From the NCBI RefSeq assembly GCF_009914755.1, contig NC_060929.1: DNA of 64,000 nucleotides, one strand, 5' to 3'. This DNA is from the human T2T-CHM13v2.0 reference genome, Homo sapiens. Shown piece after piece: positions 15,211 to 29,983 of this stretch; the stretch's first letter is position 1; each line of letters begins with the position of its first letter. The notes beneath the pieces are model-generated. The model worked only from the letters and a program-made list of their open reading frames with translations. It was not told the origin of the DNA and ran no database searches. The position numbers and the translations under genes are program-made.

Positions 15211-15863
15211 TATTTTCAAAAACGTATTGTTTATAATGGGTTGGTAGATTGATGGACCTGAGGAAGCCATGCAGTTTTTTCCTTGCAGTTCAGAGAGTGA
15301 AGAATGTTTTCACACAGCTGAGAATGTTGCAGATTTGCCACTGAGAGCTGGGGAACCTTGAGAAGGGTTGAGGAGGAGGCCCTAGGAGAGACACAAGTTA
15401 AGGGCAAACACCCTGATGGGAACAAGGTAATCTCAGATGCAGCAGAGGTGGATTAGAAGGAGTAGACGCCTCTTCTCAAAGGCCTTCACACTACGTAGTA
15501 AGCTTCTCAAATCTTAGATTCAGTCTCCTAGGAAAAAAGAGATAGGCTGACCTTGAACTTACAAAGATTCACTTTCTTTTATCTGGGGCTTCAAAGCATA
15601 GCTTAAGTTTATTTACAGAAAAAATAAATTGAAAATATAATATGTACTTAACATTCTGAGTTTCATAATTATTATGAATAGCATTTCCTTTCTGATAGCT
15701 GTAGACCAAACAAAGGCATAAAGATATTTTTGTATTATGGATCTCCTAATCAGATAATGTATTTTCGGTTTAATACATTATGGCTTAGAATAACATTTGC
15801 TTAATATTTAAAGTACTATTTAAAATATTTGTATTTAAATATGTAAAATTATTATATTTTCTT

Positions 15864-16251
<388 letters not shown>

Positions 16252-16657
16252 TAATGCAGCCAAACATTTTGTTTTCCTAAATGAACACATTTCAAAATAC
16301 ACCATGGTCATCAATAAGAAAATATGGTTTAATTTACATGTTACTTTTCTGAATTATTTCCAGAAATGCCTCTACTGTATAAAGTACAGTAAGGAAGCAG
16401 TGGACAACTGAGAATCTAACAGGTGCAGTGGTTCTGGTTAATGTTTTAGGCCAGCAGGAGGTAGATGGAAAACCCAACCATTTTGTTCATGCTGGATTGC
16501 AACCAGGATTTCCCTACTATTCCTTCACTCTGATGAGAATGTTAGTTTCTTGAATATTTCCTCCTGTCTGCTAACTTATTTGCTGAAAGGTATATTTAAA
16601 AGGAAGTTTTTAAATATGCATTTTAGGTTGGTTTGTTTAACCATGTTAATACAATAA

Positions 16658-17095
<438 letters not shown>

Positions 17096-19579
17096 TAGAT
17101 AGAGAAGACTATATGTCTATCTTTATGGTGCTATGAAATGGATGTTAGAAAAGAGATTTCAACATTTTTAGCCTTTGTTTTACTTTGTTTTATACTTTTT
17201 GACCTCTCTCCCTAGCAAACAGAATCAAATTCTTTTTGTATTAGAATCTTCCTTTTCTACTACTTGCACACACATTGCCATACAGTATTTAAATTAACTC
17301 TCACCCATTTGAAATTTGGCTCCTTGATCAGGAAAACATGACTTATTTGCTATTTTAATGAAAGATTATGCAACCTAAAATCTGCATTGTTAAATTGTAG
17401 CCTACCTTTGAACCATTGGTCCAAAACTAATGCATGGCCTACCTTGGATTCTAAGGCAATTTTTCAGTCTGGCCTTACTTTTCACATTAAACATAGCATG
17501 TTATGCATATTTTCTTGTTTTTCAGGAAGACTGAGCAGGATTATGCCAAACCATGCTATTTAACAGTGTACACTCCATGCTCCAGAAGCAAAAATAATTT
17601 TAGAATAAAAGCCTTAAATGCTTTCTTTAAAATGGGATAGAGAATATTCTCCACATTATTCAGCTCTTTCTTTTGGTTAGGGAGAATAATGAGCTATAAG
17701 GGCATTTTTTGTTGTCCACCCCATTTTTCTTTCCTCTTTCTTACAGTTCTGTGATTTCCCTTCTTGTGTCTACACATTCCCCAAGACAGTATATGTGAAT
17801 CCATTCTGAACACTAGGGATGGACTTGCTTCATTTAATGTTAACGCTAATCTTAGGCACTTTAGAAACAGAGATTACTTTAGGAACCCAGGACTAAGCAA
17901 ATTGTTGATGACATGCCACTAGAAACAGCATTTAATTTACAAACGGACATATGACCAAATTCAGGTCAATGAGAAAAAGTGAACTAGGGACTTTTTGAGG
18001 GAAAATGCAATGGACTGAAGAGAATATCCTTGGGCAAGACACCCTTTGTGCCCCTGGAAACAAAGATGAATGCTGGTCAGAGCTAGAACTTCCACTGTCA
18101 TCAGTAACCCCAAGGATGAACCAAATCAAGAGGATAGTACAGCCAAGTATCACAGAGAAATTGGACATAGACTTTTGGATTATGGTAAACCTGAGCAACC
18201 CTACTTGTGGACTTTGAGTTAAATGGTCCAGTACATTATTTCCTTAGTGTTTGAGTAACTTTGCATTAGGTCTTCTGTTATTTATAGCTTACAAGTATGT
18301 AACGGATACTCTGCTAATAGGAGAACTTCTGGATGGAAGAAGCTGCTGTTTAATAGCTTACCCCTAATACTACTAAATTAGGGAAGAGTAGCTTAAAACC
18401 ATGTTCAAAACATGATCTCAGCTTAACCCATTACATTCTCATTAGTGGGGTAGTAAATAGGCATTGAACTGTGTTACCATTATAAAATGAAGAAACTATA
18501 CATCTCCAACCTTCCATGATCTCTATGGAAGTCTTTTATAAAACTTTGATTTAGAGTCCCAAGTTAGGAAAGTATGTATTAACTCTACTCATACCTCTGT
18601 CAATAGTATATATGTGTTGAAAAAATACATTTACTAATCTTATGCAGCATTTTGCAAATAATTCTGTGACTGTTCTGTCGAACCCACATGCTAGACTTAC
18701 ACATCTGGCATCTCACTTTATTTTGGGATAGTAACAACTTCCTAACAAAGTGTTGCTTCTTGCAGAGAAGGGTGCTAACCCTTCAACCTAACTGCGTTAT
18801 TCAATAGGAGAAAATATTTATCTGCATATTTTTTCTTAGGTATGAATTTTGCATTTCTCTTCCCTATGAATATATTCTTTCTAGGAGACCATGATATTCT
18901 GAGCCTATCATAGCGATGTAAGGGGTTGTTACTTAAAAGATGTGTGGTTCCAATTTAATTTATGTGGCCTGGAAAACAGAGGATTTGCATTCAAACTAAA
19001 ATTTGCCCTTGGGGTGGTCTTTAGAGGTACTGTGAATATATTAGAGATTGCCATTTAACTTCACATTTTCAAGTTAATTGTGTGCAATTAAAATGCTCCT
19101 GTTCAATAAAAGGTTTATCAAAAAGCTGTGTCTTTCATGAAGCTGGGAAATAGTACATGTACATCAAGTTAGAGACATAACATGGCTGCTGTTATCAACA
19201 CATGATTAAATTTCACACACACACAATTGACAAAACTTCTGTCATTCTTTTCGTTTTGGACAATGTATCTTTTTATTTCATAGTCTTTATTTTATTTCTT
19301 ATATGTTATTTACTTACTTTCACAGCAATTTCTGTCCTGTAGAGACTTACATTTGGGTTCTTTGAAAGAATTAAGCAAACTATGTCAATATAGCAAGCTT
19401 AGCAACTCCTTTTCAACTGTGCTTTATTTCCTTTACAGAAATGAGTTTGCTTGTTTTTGTTTTCAATTTAATAAAATGAAATATTAACATGTCAGATTTG
19501 TAAGGGATCTTCAATGTCAGTGAGTTCTGTTCTTCACCTCATGTGTAAATTCTCCTTAAAACAAACTCCAAGCCAACAG

Positions 19580-19705
19580 AAAAGATTTGGAATTTCAACC
19601 CTGCTACTTAGTGGCTATCAGTTGGACACACGTGGCTTATTGAAATACAGTTTTCTCATCTATAAAATGTCAGTAATAACATTGACCTCAGATTTGATGT
19701 GATAA
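19580..19705 (+). mobile_element. MIR fragment
   Basis: MIR core 'cagttttctcatctataaaatg'. Confidence 0.55.
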
Positions 19706-20369
19706 TTATTTGCTTCACAATCCTTTTTACCTATATGTAATTAGCAAATTTGATGAGTGTTTGTTTTATATATTTATGTAAGCAATAAAGCTGATAAAAA
19801 GATTTTTGAAAGAAAAAATTGTGGAACACATAACTAAATCCTTTTCTCCAGTTTTTTATTTACTTGTTTGAGATGCTGATCATTTTCTTAATAATTTATT
19901 TCTATTTCTTCCATTTATAATGCAAGGATTTATGTAGAAAATGTAGAAAACACAGGCGAGGATAGTGAAGAAAATTTAAATTACAACCAGTTGAAACCTA
20001 GGGCAGCTAATATAGATAGATAATTTCCCCACTCTTGGAAAACAAAAAGCCCCCAGTTATTTATTGTATCTGACAAATAAGAGACTAATCATGATAAATT
20101 AATGAGTGTGTCTATTATAGTCTAATAATCAGAAATTATGCATTAGTTTGCAGGTGGTTCAAGGCAAATGGGAAGAAAAAGGAGCTGGTTGGTTCCTACG
20201 CTGTTCCTCTCTCTAGACATATTATTGTAGGCTTATTGTAGGCTGAGTTAGAAAACAGTGCTCTGCCTGAGCTCCCAACCTCAAGCTTACCACATGGGTG
20301 CTTTGATGCCCACCCTCTCTTCCACCATGGCATCAGGGAGGCAGAAGGCCACAGCCATTGAAAATATCC

Positions 20370-20841
20370 TTTTTTAAAAATTTTATTATTATTATACTTT
20401 AAGTTTTAGGGTACATGTGCACAACATGCAGGTTTGTTACATATGTATACATGTGCCATGTTGGTGTGCTGCACCCATTAACTCGTGTTTAGCATGTATC
20501 TCCTAATGCTATCCCTCCCCCCTTCCCCCCACCCCACAACAGTCCCTGGTGTGTGATGTTCCTCTTCCTGTGTCCATGTGTTCTCATTGTTCAATTCCCA
20601 CCTATGAGTGAGAACATGCAGTGTTTCGTTTTTTGTCCTTGCGATAGTTTGCTGAGAATGATGGTTTCCAGTTTCATCCATGTCCCTACAAAGGACATGA
20701 ATTCATCATTTTTTATGGCTGCATAGTATTCCATGGTGTATATGTGCCACATTTTCTTAATCCAGTCTATCGTTGTTGGACATTTGGGTTGGTTCCAAGT
20801 CTTTGCTATTGTGAATAGTGCCGCTATAAACATACGTGTGC
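20370..20841 (-). mobile_element. Young L1PA (PA4/5-like) 3' end, ~470 bp
   Basis: Near-consensus L1 3' UTR; ORF2 terminus ...HCMFSLIGGN in ORF 20591-20851. Confidence 0.95.
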
Positions 20842-21554
20842 CAAGCTTCATTTCTGCTCACAGACTTCCTAACCTATTTTATAGGTATGGGTTATAAAAG
20901 CAATTCTCCCATTCCTCTTTTGTCAATCCCACTTGGGTGGCCCAGCCCCTCTCTGTGTATTGAGGGAATGGTTGGTACCTGCTGCCTTTGAGATTCCATG
21001 AAAACTGACACAAGAGTCTTGTCTTTACATCCAGTTATAATCGCTCCCTTAGGATACATTATATGAAGTGGATTTCTGCATCTAGGAATGTGACCATTTT
21101 AAAACTCTTGACACATGCTAGTAAAGTTCTACTTCCCCAAATAAAAATATTATACCAATTCACACTTTCATCCTTACTACATAATACTGAGAAAAGAAAA
21201 ATAGGGTAAAGGAGGAGAACAGGACAAGAAGGAAAAAGCAGGGGCCTGAACCTGAGAAGAGAGGAATGGTATAGAGAAATGGGAAGAAGTGCATGCAGGA
21301 GATGGGGTAAAATCTCCTGTAACTCAGGTAAATCCATGTCAAGTCAAACTCTAGCATAAATAAATATGATTAATCTCTGCCAAATTATTTCAATGGGCAG
21401 TATATTTAATAGCTAGTTATTTCCTGGGTCTAGCCTAGAAAGAGTTATTGAGAGGTAGATTTACATAATCATCCTGGAACTCTTTCCATAGCAAAATGTA
21501 GAAAAATTGCAAAATATAGCAGTATTAATTCAGGCCATAACAGTATCTGCAAAG

Positions 21555-21730
21555 GCAGCACGGTGTGGTAGAAAGAAGATGCATTCTGTCTCCAGATTCT
21601 GCAACTTACTAGCTGGTTGATCCTGAGATAGTTGCTCAATGCTAATGGGTCTTAAGCTTCTCAACCCTAGAATTTGAATAATAGTGTCTTTCTTGCTCAG
21701 CCCATGTGGTAATTATGAGATGAGATAGGA
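21555..21730 (+). mobile_element. MIR fragment
   Basis: 'ggcagcacggtgtggtagaaaga' start and 'acttactagctg' core-like sequence. Confidence 0.5.
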
Positions 21731-23055
21731 TGAGTTTTGGAATTTGTGAACTGTAAAAATCTTACAACAATCAGATATGTTGCCTTGTCAATGACTTATC
21801 AGCACCAAGGCATACTTGGAAGTTTCTAATTGATATTTTTTTAATCTATTTTTTGTCTTGTTGACAGTATCCATGCCATTGTTTTGCCACAAGTGAGATT
21901 GTGTATGTCAAGTGTACCTTTCATTTTTCTGGGTGCTTAGAAGCTACTCAGTAAATATTAGTTCTTCGTTTCCTCTCTCCTCCCAGTTCCCCAACTATTT
22001 GCTTTTTGGAAATATCTGCTTATTTTACAACCATATTGTCATGACTCATTCTTTTCAAGTAGACAACAGAAAGTATGTGTATGCAGGGAACCTAATGCTC
22101 CACATTCTCATATTTATTGCGTTTGATATTATTTGCATGGAAAGCATTTCCTTCCCAGCCTAATTTGGTGAAAATGATGTCAACTGTTTCCCTATTGTTC
22201 ATCTGAAATCAGCTCCTAGATTTAATGAATTACATATCTTGGCTTTATTTTCTCATTTAATTTAATTTTATTGATGTAAAAACAATAGGAATAACAAAAT
22301 GCTTCCAGTGTCAATGGTAATTAAAAAAACAAACAGAAAGTTAATAAAATGCATTATTACTTTGGCTAGATCCTTCCTTCTTTATTCGCTTCAGAAAAAA
22401 CAATCCAATCTTGAGAGAAAATGTAGAATGTGGTTTTGCGCCAGCAGTAATTAGCAGGAACAGCTTGACGAGAAACAGTGATGGAAGAATCAATGACATC
22501 AATAAAATAAAACCCAAATAAGGTTTCTGTTTTTCATACTAGGTCTTTACATATCAACTTAACCAAATGATTGAGAAATGACATTCTTAATCCCAAACAG
22601 TGTGCCATAAATATATTGTAAACCATTTTGAACTTTTGAAACTATGTCAAGCTTTTCCAGTCTCCTAAGAGAGTATACAACATGGTTTTATAACCAATAA
22701 TGCCTTCCCATTAAACACTACAGTTGCTTTATCAAATAGAATTTTTAAATGAGGTTTAAAAATTGCAGAAAACCAGGATTAAGTGAAACATTAAAAATGT
22801 TACTGATGTTCCACACTCAGATCTTGATTGTAGGCATAATCATGAGAAGGGTAATATTTTTAAATTTTTAATTGGTTTGCTTTAATTTATCAAACTTTCA
22901 TTTGGCTCGATCTCAATTTCTTCTCTTCCCTCTCTCATGACCATAAATCAAAAGATCCAGGATTTTTTTCCATCAGAATTTGCTGATGCTTTACGTATTG
23001 TTAAAAACAAACCCTTCTCGGTGAAACATGGGAACAACATGCCCCACACTTAGAC

Positions 23056-23270
23056 CAGGGTTTTTCCACTTTAGCACTATGGATAGTCCAGATTTGATAA
23101 CTCTTGGTCGTGGGGAACTCTCTTATGCATTGTATTGAGTTCAGCAGCATTCCTCGGCCTCCCCCCACTAGATTTCAGTAGAACTTCCGAGTTCTGCTTA
23201 TCAAAAATATATATAGACACTGCCAAATATCTTCCTGGGGGCAAAAAGCACAATTGGTTGAGAATCACTT
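23056..23270. mobile_element. MER20 (hAT-Charlie)
   Basis: Typical body ('agacactgccaaatatcttcctgggggcaaaa...gttgagaatcact'); flanking duplication CTTAGAC. Confidence 0.85.
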
Positions 23271-23785
23271 TCTTAGACTGAGACTTCTATATTTCAGATG
23301 AAATACATATAACTAACTTGATACACTAATGTGGCCAAAAAGAAGGAAGTCTAGCAGAGATAGGAAATCAAACCACAGTAGACTATAGTGGTTCTCAATC
23401 ATGACATGCATTAAAAATACCCGTGAGATTTAAAAATACTGATACACAGACCAATCCCATATTAGTTGACTGATGATCCTTGGATATAAGGACCAAGAAT
23501 CACTGCCAAATTTACTAAAGTAGGTTACTCTGTGAATTTGATATACTACCTTTAGGGGCAAACACACAAGTTCTCCTTTTTGCAGTGTTACCCATCTTTT
23601 AATTTCTGTCGTTTCAGAGTCTGGAGTTGCTTCTGTTGGCCATCAATTTCCTGTGGTGCAGAGGGGCTACAAATATAATACAGATTAAACTCCCTGCAGG
23701 AAGTCTCTTATGGATAAGAACAAGTTCAGGTAAAGACAACACAATTCCTTTCACTTGCAACCACTTTCCAGTGTGGAGCCTAGAA

Positions 23786-23960
23786 CTGTAGTTCTCACAG
23801 TGAGATTTCTGAGAATCACCAGCACAACCTAGGAACTTGTTAGAAATGCAAAACTTCTGACTACTCTAGAACTACTGAATTAAAATCCCTTGGGGTGTGG
23901 CCTAGCAATGTGTGTCTTAGTAAGATGATTCTGAAGTATACTAAAATTTGAGAACCATGA
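23786..23960. mobile_element. MER5A (hAT-Charlie)
   Basis: 'gtagttctca...cctaggaacttgttagaaatgcaaa...tttgagaacca'. Confidence 0.8.
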
Positions 23961-24796
23961 GCTAGAGACATTCTCTGTATTCACTTATGTGTTTTCAGTG
24001 TTCTTCCACCTGAAACCACACTTCACAAGACTTAAATCACTGACATACACTTTCATTGACTCTTTTAAATACTGCTGCTTAGGATTCCATTTTCTCAGAG
24101 ATGTTTGTTGTGGAGTCTATGACATATTTATGCAGGTTATAGTCCTCAGAAAAGGAGAACTGGAGGTAAAGGAGAGGTCGAGGGAAGCAGAGAGCACTAG
24201 ACACAGACCTGGCCCAAGTGAATGAGCACAGAAAATCTCCAAACTTGCTGCACTATGGGGCCATTCAGATCCCCTACAACAGCTTGGTTTGACTTCCACG
24301 GGTAATAATTAGCAGCTAGTGGGCCAGAAGAAAATGACATAATGATAGTTATTGAGAAGAGGAGGCCACATGCAGAAAAAGGAGAACTTGATTTTAGGCA
24401 GAGCCACTGAGGATTGAGGAAGGAGAGAAACAAACGCACCTCGTACCTTTCCATATTACCTTTATTGTAAGTGAATTACATTCTCGCATTCTACACCATT
24501 ACATTCAGTAGTTTTACTGTTACAGGTCAATAATGGAGTTTGGCTTCTATATTACCAAGCGTTACTTGCTAGTTGGTATAATTATCCCTTGGTGGACAAG
24601 ATTGGGAAACTTACTTTCTAGTGGAAAGTATCAATATAATTTTTATGTGGATACTAGGCTATAGAGGGGCAGTGGTAGAAAATGGGTTTTAATTAGAGGA
24701 TATTGAAGGAGTCTAGGAGAAAGATTCTGTTGCAGCAGTCCAGGAGAGTAACGGGAGAAAGTGTGATAAAAACGTAATGTTAGCTTTGAGATCTAG

Positions 24797-25108
24797 TTTT
24801 CTTTTCTTTTTTTCTTTTTTAGAGACAGGATCTCATTTTGTTGCCCAGGCTGGAGGGCAGTGACACAATCATAGTTAATTGTAGCCTCAAACTCCTGGGC
24901 ACAAGCAATCCCCCTGCTTCAGCCTCCAGAGTAGTTGGAACTACAGGCATGTGCCACCATGCCCGGTTAATTTTTTTATTTTTTTTGTAGAGATGGGCTC
25001 TTGCTGTGTTGTCCAGGTTGGTCTCAAACTCCTGGCCCAAGTAAGTTGTCCTTCCATCTCAGCCTCCTGAAGTGTTGGGATTACAGGTGTGAGCCACCTT
25101 GCCCAACC
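24797..25108 (-). mobile_element. AluJ inserted in degraded L2-like sequence
   Basis: Poly-T followed by two antisense Alu arms with J-type bases. Confidence 0.92.
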
Positions 25109-27242
25109 ATAATTGATTTCATTACAAGAGAGGAATCAAGAATGACTCTTGGGTTTTGCTTAATCACCTAGGTGGATGTAAAATAACTGAAACTGAGAAA
25201 TTTAGTAAGAAAGAGTATTGAAAAGGTTGAGGAATCAAGTTGTTTTGACCATATGAATTCTAAGATTCTTATTATGAAAACAAATAAAGATACTAAGAAA
25301 GCAGAATAATAAACAAGTCTAGAGTACAGGAAAAGGGGATCAGCTTTGAAATTTAAATTTGGGAATCCTTTGCATGTAGATTCATAAAGCCCTGAGAATG
25401 GATAAAATCATCCCAATGAAAAGAGAGAAGAAAATAGAAGAGATCCCTGAAGTCTGGGGTTTTTCAACTTGGTATTTCTTTAGGCTCAGTAGCCTGTTAT
25501 TTTTATCATGCTGAATTCTAATTTCCTTGGATTTAATGTTACACTTTATGATGGTCATATATAAGACTTTTTTGTTTTCTTTCTCATAATTTTTAACTGA
25601 GCAATTAAATTAAAGCAGCCCACTGACAATAGCTTCTCTGTTACCATTATGGTATTGCAGCTTCCCATTGGGGATGACAGAGCTGGTGCTCAGGTCATCA
25701 ACATCCTGCTGAACCTATGAGAAAGCATTTGGGACAACTTGACAATGCATGGTGAGTCAGAAAGTTTGCTTTTTGATTCAACTATTTAAAATTCCCTATT
25801 ATTTTCTTTGTTTTTGGCTGCCTTTTGCTTAATTGTCTTGTCAGCTGTCCTAAGCCTGACAGCCATATGAGGTCAAGCAGAAAAACTGAACTGGGGAAAT
25901 AATCATAGTTCTTCAATGGATTGTTTCTGAAAACTGAATATGAGGAGAGAATATTCATAGGTATGGCATAACTTCCATTTTGTAGCTGGAAGAAATCATA
26001 CCCCCAAATTATGACAATTTATAGAATTATGAGTTGAATGTTTGTGTAAGTATATGCCTTCATATTTTTAAACATGTATAGGCTGCATTATTTTCTGCCA
26101 ATAAATTTTATGGCTTTTATATCAAGTAAAGATATGTTGCTAATATGATCCCTGCAGTTGATAGATAATATAACTTTTTGTGGGCTAGACTAACCATGTG
26201 GCTTCCCAGTTGGGCTGTAAAGGAATCAACAGCTAGTTTAGAGTTACTGGGGGCAGCATTTGGAAGATTTAACTTGTCCAGTTTGGGCCACTTATTAATA
26301 TTACATATTGCTTATCTATCTTTTGCAATTCTTTGGGGTCCCTTCCGTAGACGTGGTGCTCAAGGAAGCTTTGATGGAAGGCTTTCTGTAGACAATTCAC
26401 TTGGTTCTGACAGGCCAAGAAAGCCTGTCTGGAGCCAAGATAAACCCAAGGCTCATTTCTGCATTTATTTATTAATACAGCAAATATGGTTATTTTTTGG
26501 AGATTGTCAGAAAATCAGTTCTACATACTAGATGTGAACTTGCACTCTGATACTAGTTCTGTGTTCATTTGTATTTTCTTTTATTTCTTGGTAAAAGCTC
26601 AGAAAACAACTGGATAGAAATGTGATCTTTTGGCATCTTTGAATTCACTCTTACTGAGATATCAGTTTTCCCGTCAAAGGAAAAATTAAGAAAATGAAAA
26701 CCTATGATTCTGTAATATTGACTTTCTATTGAACTAACAAGTAAATTAGAAAACAGGAAATGAAAGAGATCATGTCTAGCTTAGGGAGGCATCTATCGAA
26801 GGCTCAATGTGAAACCCATTTTGCTCTGAGCATATCTAAATGGGTACTACAAGAAATATAAATATTAGCTAGATTGCTGGTATCTTGGTTTCCTTCCATG
26901 TAGAATTCTATATAGAATTTCTATCCATTTGATGTAGATGCTGGTTTTTAGAGAGCTGCAGGGGTAAGAGAAGGTAATGTAGATGTTCTCACTTTGTTAA
27001 CATAAAATTACATAAACCCACACTCACTTGAACTTCTCATAGCACAGTGATTAATTCATCATTTACTGGTTACTCACCGTTTTCTAGCACTGTGCTGTGT
27101 TCTGGGTATGAAATTCGAGAGATACGGGCATCCTTTTTAAGGAACACAAAGTTTCTAGCCTTGCTCTAAGATTAAATCTGACTAGATCAATAGAACTCTA
27201 GCTCTTGTATTTTCTTGAGTTTTAGAGACTGGAGCTACCAAA

Positions 27243-27710
27243 TTTTGATGGTTAATTTTGTTTGTCGAATTGACTGGGAGATGGGATGCCCAGCTATTTG
27301 ACTACACATTATTCTGAGTATGTCTGTGAGGGTGTTTCTGGATGAGATTAACATATGATTTGGTAGAATGAGTAAAGCAGATTGTCTCCCATAATGTGAA
27401 TGGGCATTGTCCAATCCTTTGGAGGCCCAAATAGAACAAAATGTGGGATAAGGGAGAATTTACTCTCTCTACCTGCTTTAGAGATGGAACATTGTTCTCC
27501 TGCACTTAACCTGGAACTACACTACTGGCTCCCTGGACTTCCAACTTTCAGACAGCAGATCATGAGACTTCTCAGCCTCCACAATCATGTGTGTCAGTTC
27601 CTTATAAATCTTATTTATACACATGTGTGTGCATGTGTATGTGTGTGCATGTGTGTGTGTGTGTATGTGTCTTATTGGTTCTGTTTCAATGGAAAACCCT
27701 GACTAATATA
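27243..27710 (+). mobile_element. MLT2-family solo LTR (ERVL) with internal degenerate (TG)n
   Basis: 'tgatggttaatttt...ccctgactaatata'; 5-bp TSD CCAAA at 27238-27242 and 27711-27715. Confidence 0.9.
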
Positions 27711-28736
27711 CCAAAGAATTCCAGGAGAAGATGTACAGAAACAAAGTGTGTCAAAATCCCAGAGGGTTACCCTATAGAAATCTAAGGGACTACTTCTTGT
27801 AAAATGTATTAGATACTTCATTACTACTAACTCTGAAAACAACAGTCTGGGTTTACCTTTGAGAATGTGCCTTTGAAAATAAAGTTACAAATATCTAAAA
27901 CTAAAGTTAAAAAGTGTAGATCAGACAAGCTAAGAATAGGTCTATCTACCACCCAGAAAAACACATGCAAGTTTGCCATACAGTCAAAACTGAATTTTTG
28001 ATTTATGGGAAGGGGACACAAAACATTTGGAAGGGCCTTTGCCCAATTTGCAATGAGAAAGAAACCAGAACTCTACATCCACGCAGCAAAGAATGGAGCT
28101 GGGACACCAATAGCCATTTTTCTTAGCTTCTGACATAAAACCTTTAATTTTTTTATATACCTGGCTATAGTGAGCCAGGGTCAGTCAAAGGTCACTGACA
28201 AAGCAGATGCCCAGATTTCCATTTAGTTACACAAAAAAGTAGCTTCTTGATTAAATTTCATGTAATATGCAGCCTACAACACAAAACCCATAAAAGGATC
28301 AAGTGAAAAAAAACCCAGAGGATTATTGTGGTCTTTAAAAACAATATTCAGTGAGAACAGCCTACCACAGGTGCACTCAATTGCTGTGCTTTTGTGAGGG
28401 ATCACTTTATTTTGTAAAGTTTTATGCTCTAAAATTCAAATAAGGTATGGAAAGAAATGATGTGGAGGCATTTTAGCCCAAGGTCTCAGTGTGTATTCAT
28501 GGTGTACTTAGATATCACGGGCAGTGGAAGCTGATCAGCATTTGTCTAGCAATTTTTTAGTCAGCTCAAAATCAACACAGAAAGTTCTAGATTTTGTAAG
28601 GAACATTTTTATGGTCACTTTTTTTTTTGTTAACTAATATATTTATACTTCATGATATGCCTGCAAATAAAGTATATGCCTGAAAAGAGATCCATGATTA
28701 TAGGGAGAAAGCTCTACTCTCTTTCAGGCTCCCTGC

Positions 28737-29983
28737 TTTTTTTTTTTAACTTTTAAGTTCAGGGGTACATGTGCAGGTTTGTTATATAGGTAAACTGTCA
28801 TGGGGCTTTGTTGTACAGGTTATTTGATCACCCAGATATTAAGCTTAGTATGCATTGGTTATTTTTCCTGATCCTTTCTGTCCTCCCACCCTCCACTCTC
28901 CAATAGGCCTATGTGTATGTTGTTCCCCTTTATGCGTCCATTTATCTCCCACTTGTAAGTAAGAAATGTGGTATTTTGTTTTCTGTTACTGCATTAGTTT
29001 CCTAAGGATAATGGCCTCCAGCTCCATCCATGCCCCTGCAAAGAACATGATCTTGTTCTCTTTTTATGGCTGCATAATATTCCATGGTGTATATGTAACA
29101 CAATTTCTTTATCCAGTCTATCATTGATGAGCATTTAGGTTGACTTTACATCTTTGCTATTGTGAATAGTGCTGCAATAAACATATGTGTGCATGTGTCT
29201 TTATAACAGAATGATTTGTATGCTTTTGGATGTATACTCCGTAATGGGATTGCTGGGTTGAATGGTATTTCCGTCTTTAGGACTTCGAAGAATTACCACA
29301 CTGTCTTCCACAATGGTTGAACTAATTTACATTCCCACCAATAGTGTATAAGCATTCCTTTTTCTCCACAACCTCACCAATATGTTGTTTTGTGACTTTT
29401 TAGTAATAGCCAGTCTGACTGGTGTGATATGGTGTCTTGTTGTGGTTTTGATTTGCATTTCTCTAATGATTACCGATGTTGAGCATTTTTTCATATGCTT
29501 GTTGGCTGCATCTATGTCTTCTTTTGAGAAGTGTCTATTCATGTCCTTTTCTCACTTTTTAATGGGGGCTGTTTGTTGTTTTCTTCTTGTAAATTTGTTT
29601 TAAGTTTTTTATAGATGCTGGATATTAGACCTTTGTGAGATACATAGTTTGCCAAAATTTTCTCCCATGATGTAGTTGTCTATTTACTCTGTTGATAGTT
29701 TCTTTTGCTGTACAGAAACTATTTAGTTTAATTAGATTAACACTATCAATTTTTCTGTTTGTTGCAATTGCTTTTTGGCATCTGCCTCATGCAATCTTTG
29801 CCTGTGCCTATGTCCTGAATGGTATTGCCTAGGTGGTCTTCCAGGATTTTTACAGTGTTGAGTTTTACGTTTAAGTCTTTAATCCATCTTGAGTTAATTT
29901 TTGTATATGGCATAAGGAATGGGTCCAGTTTCAATCTTCTGCATATGACTAGCCAGTTCTCCAAGCACCATTTATTGAATAGG
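28737..29983 (-). mobile_element. Old L1PA (PA13-16-like) 3' segment; non-inverted part of a 5'-inverted insertion
   Basis: Poly-T, L1 3' UTR, ORF2 peptides MNRHFSKED and LFNKWC. Confidence 0.92.

Noticed and set aside
17510-17615. Splice acceptor (ttttcag) followed by AATAAA as a terminal exon
   Set aside because: Such motifs are frequent in AT-rich DNA; cannot be supported without transcript data.
26178-26531. 117-aa ORF
   Set aside because: No homology or coding bias that I can recognise.
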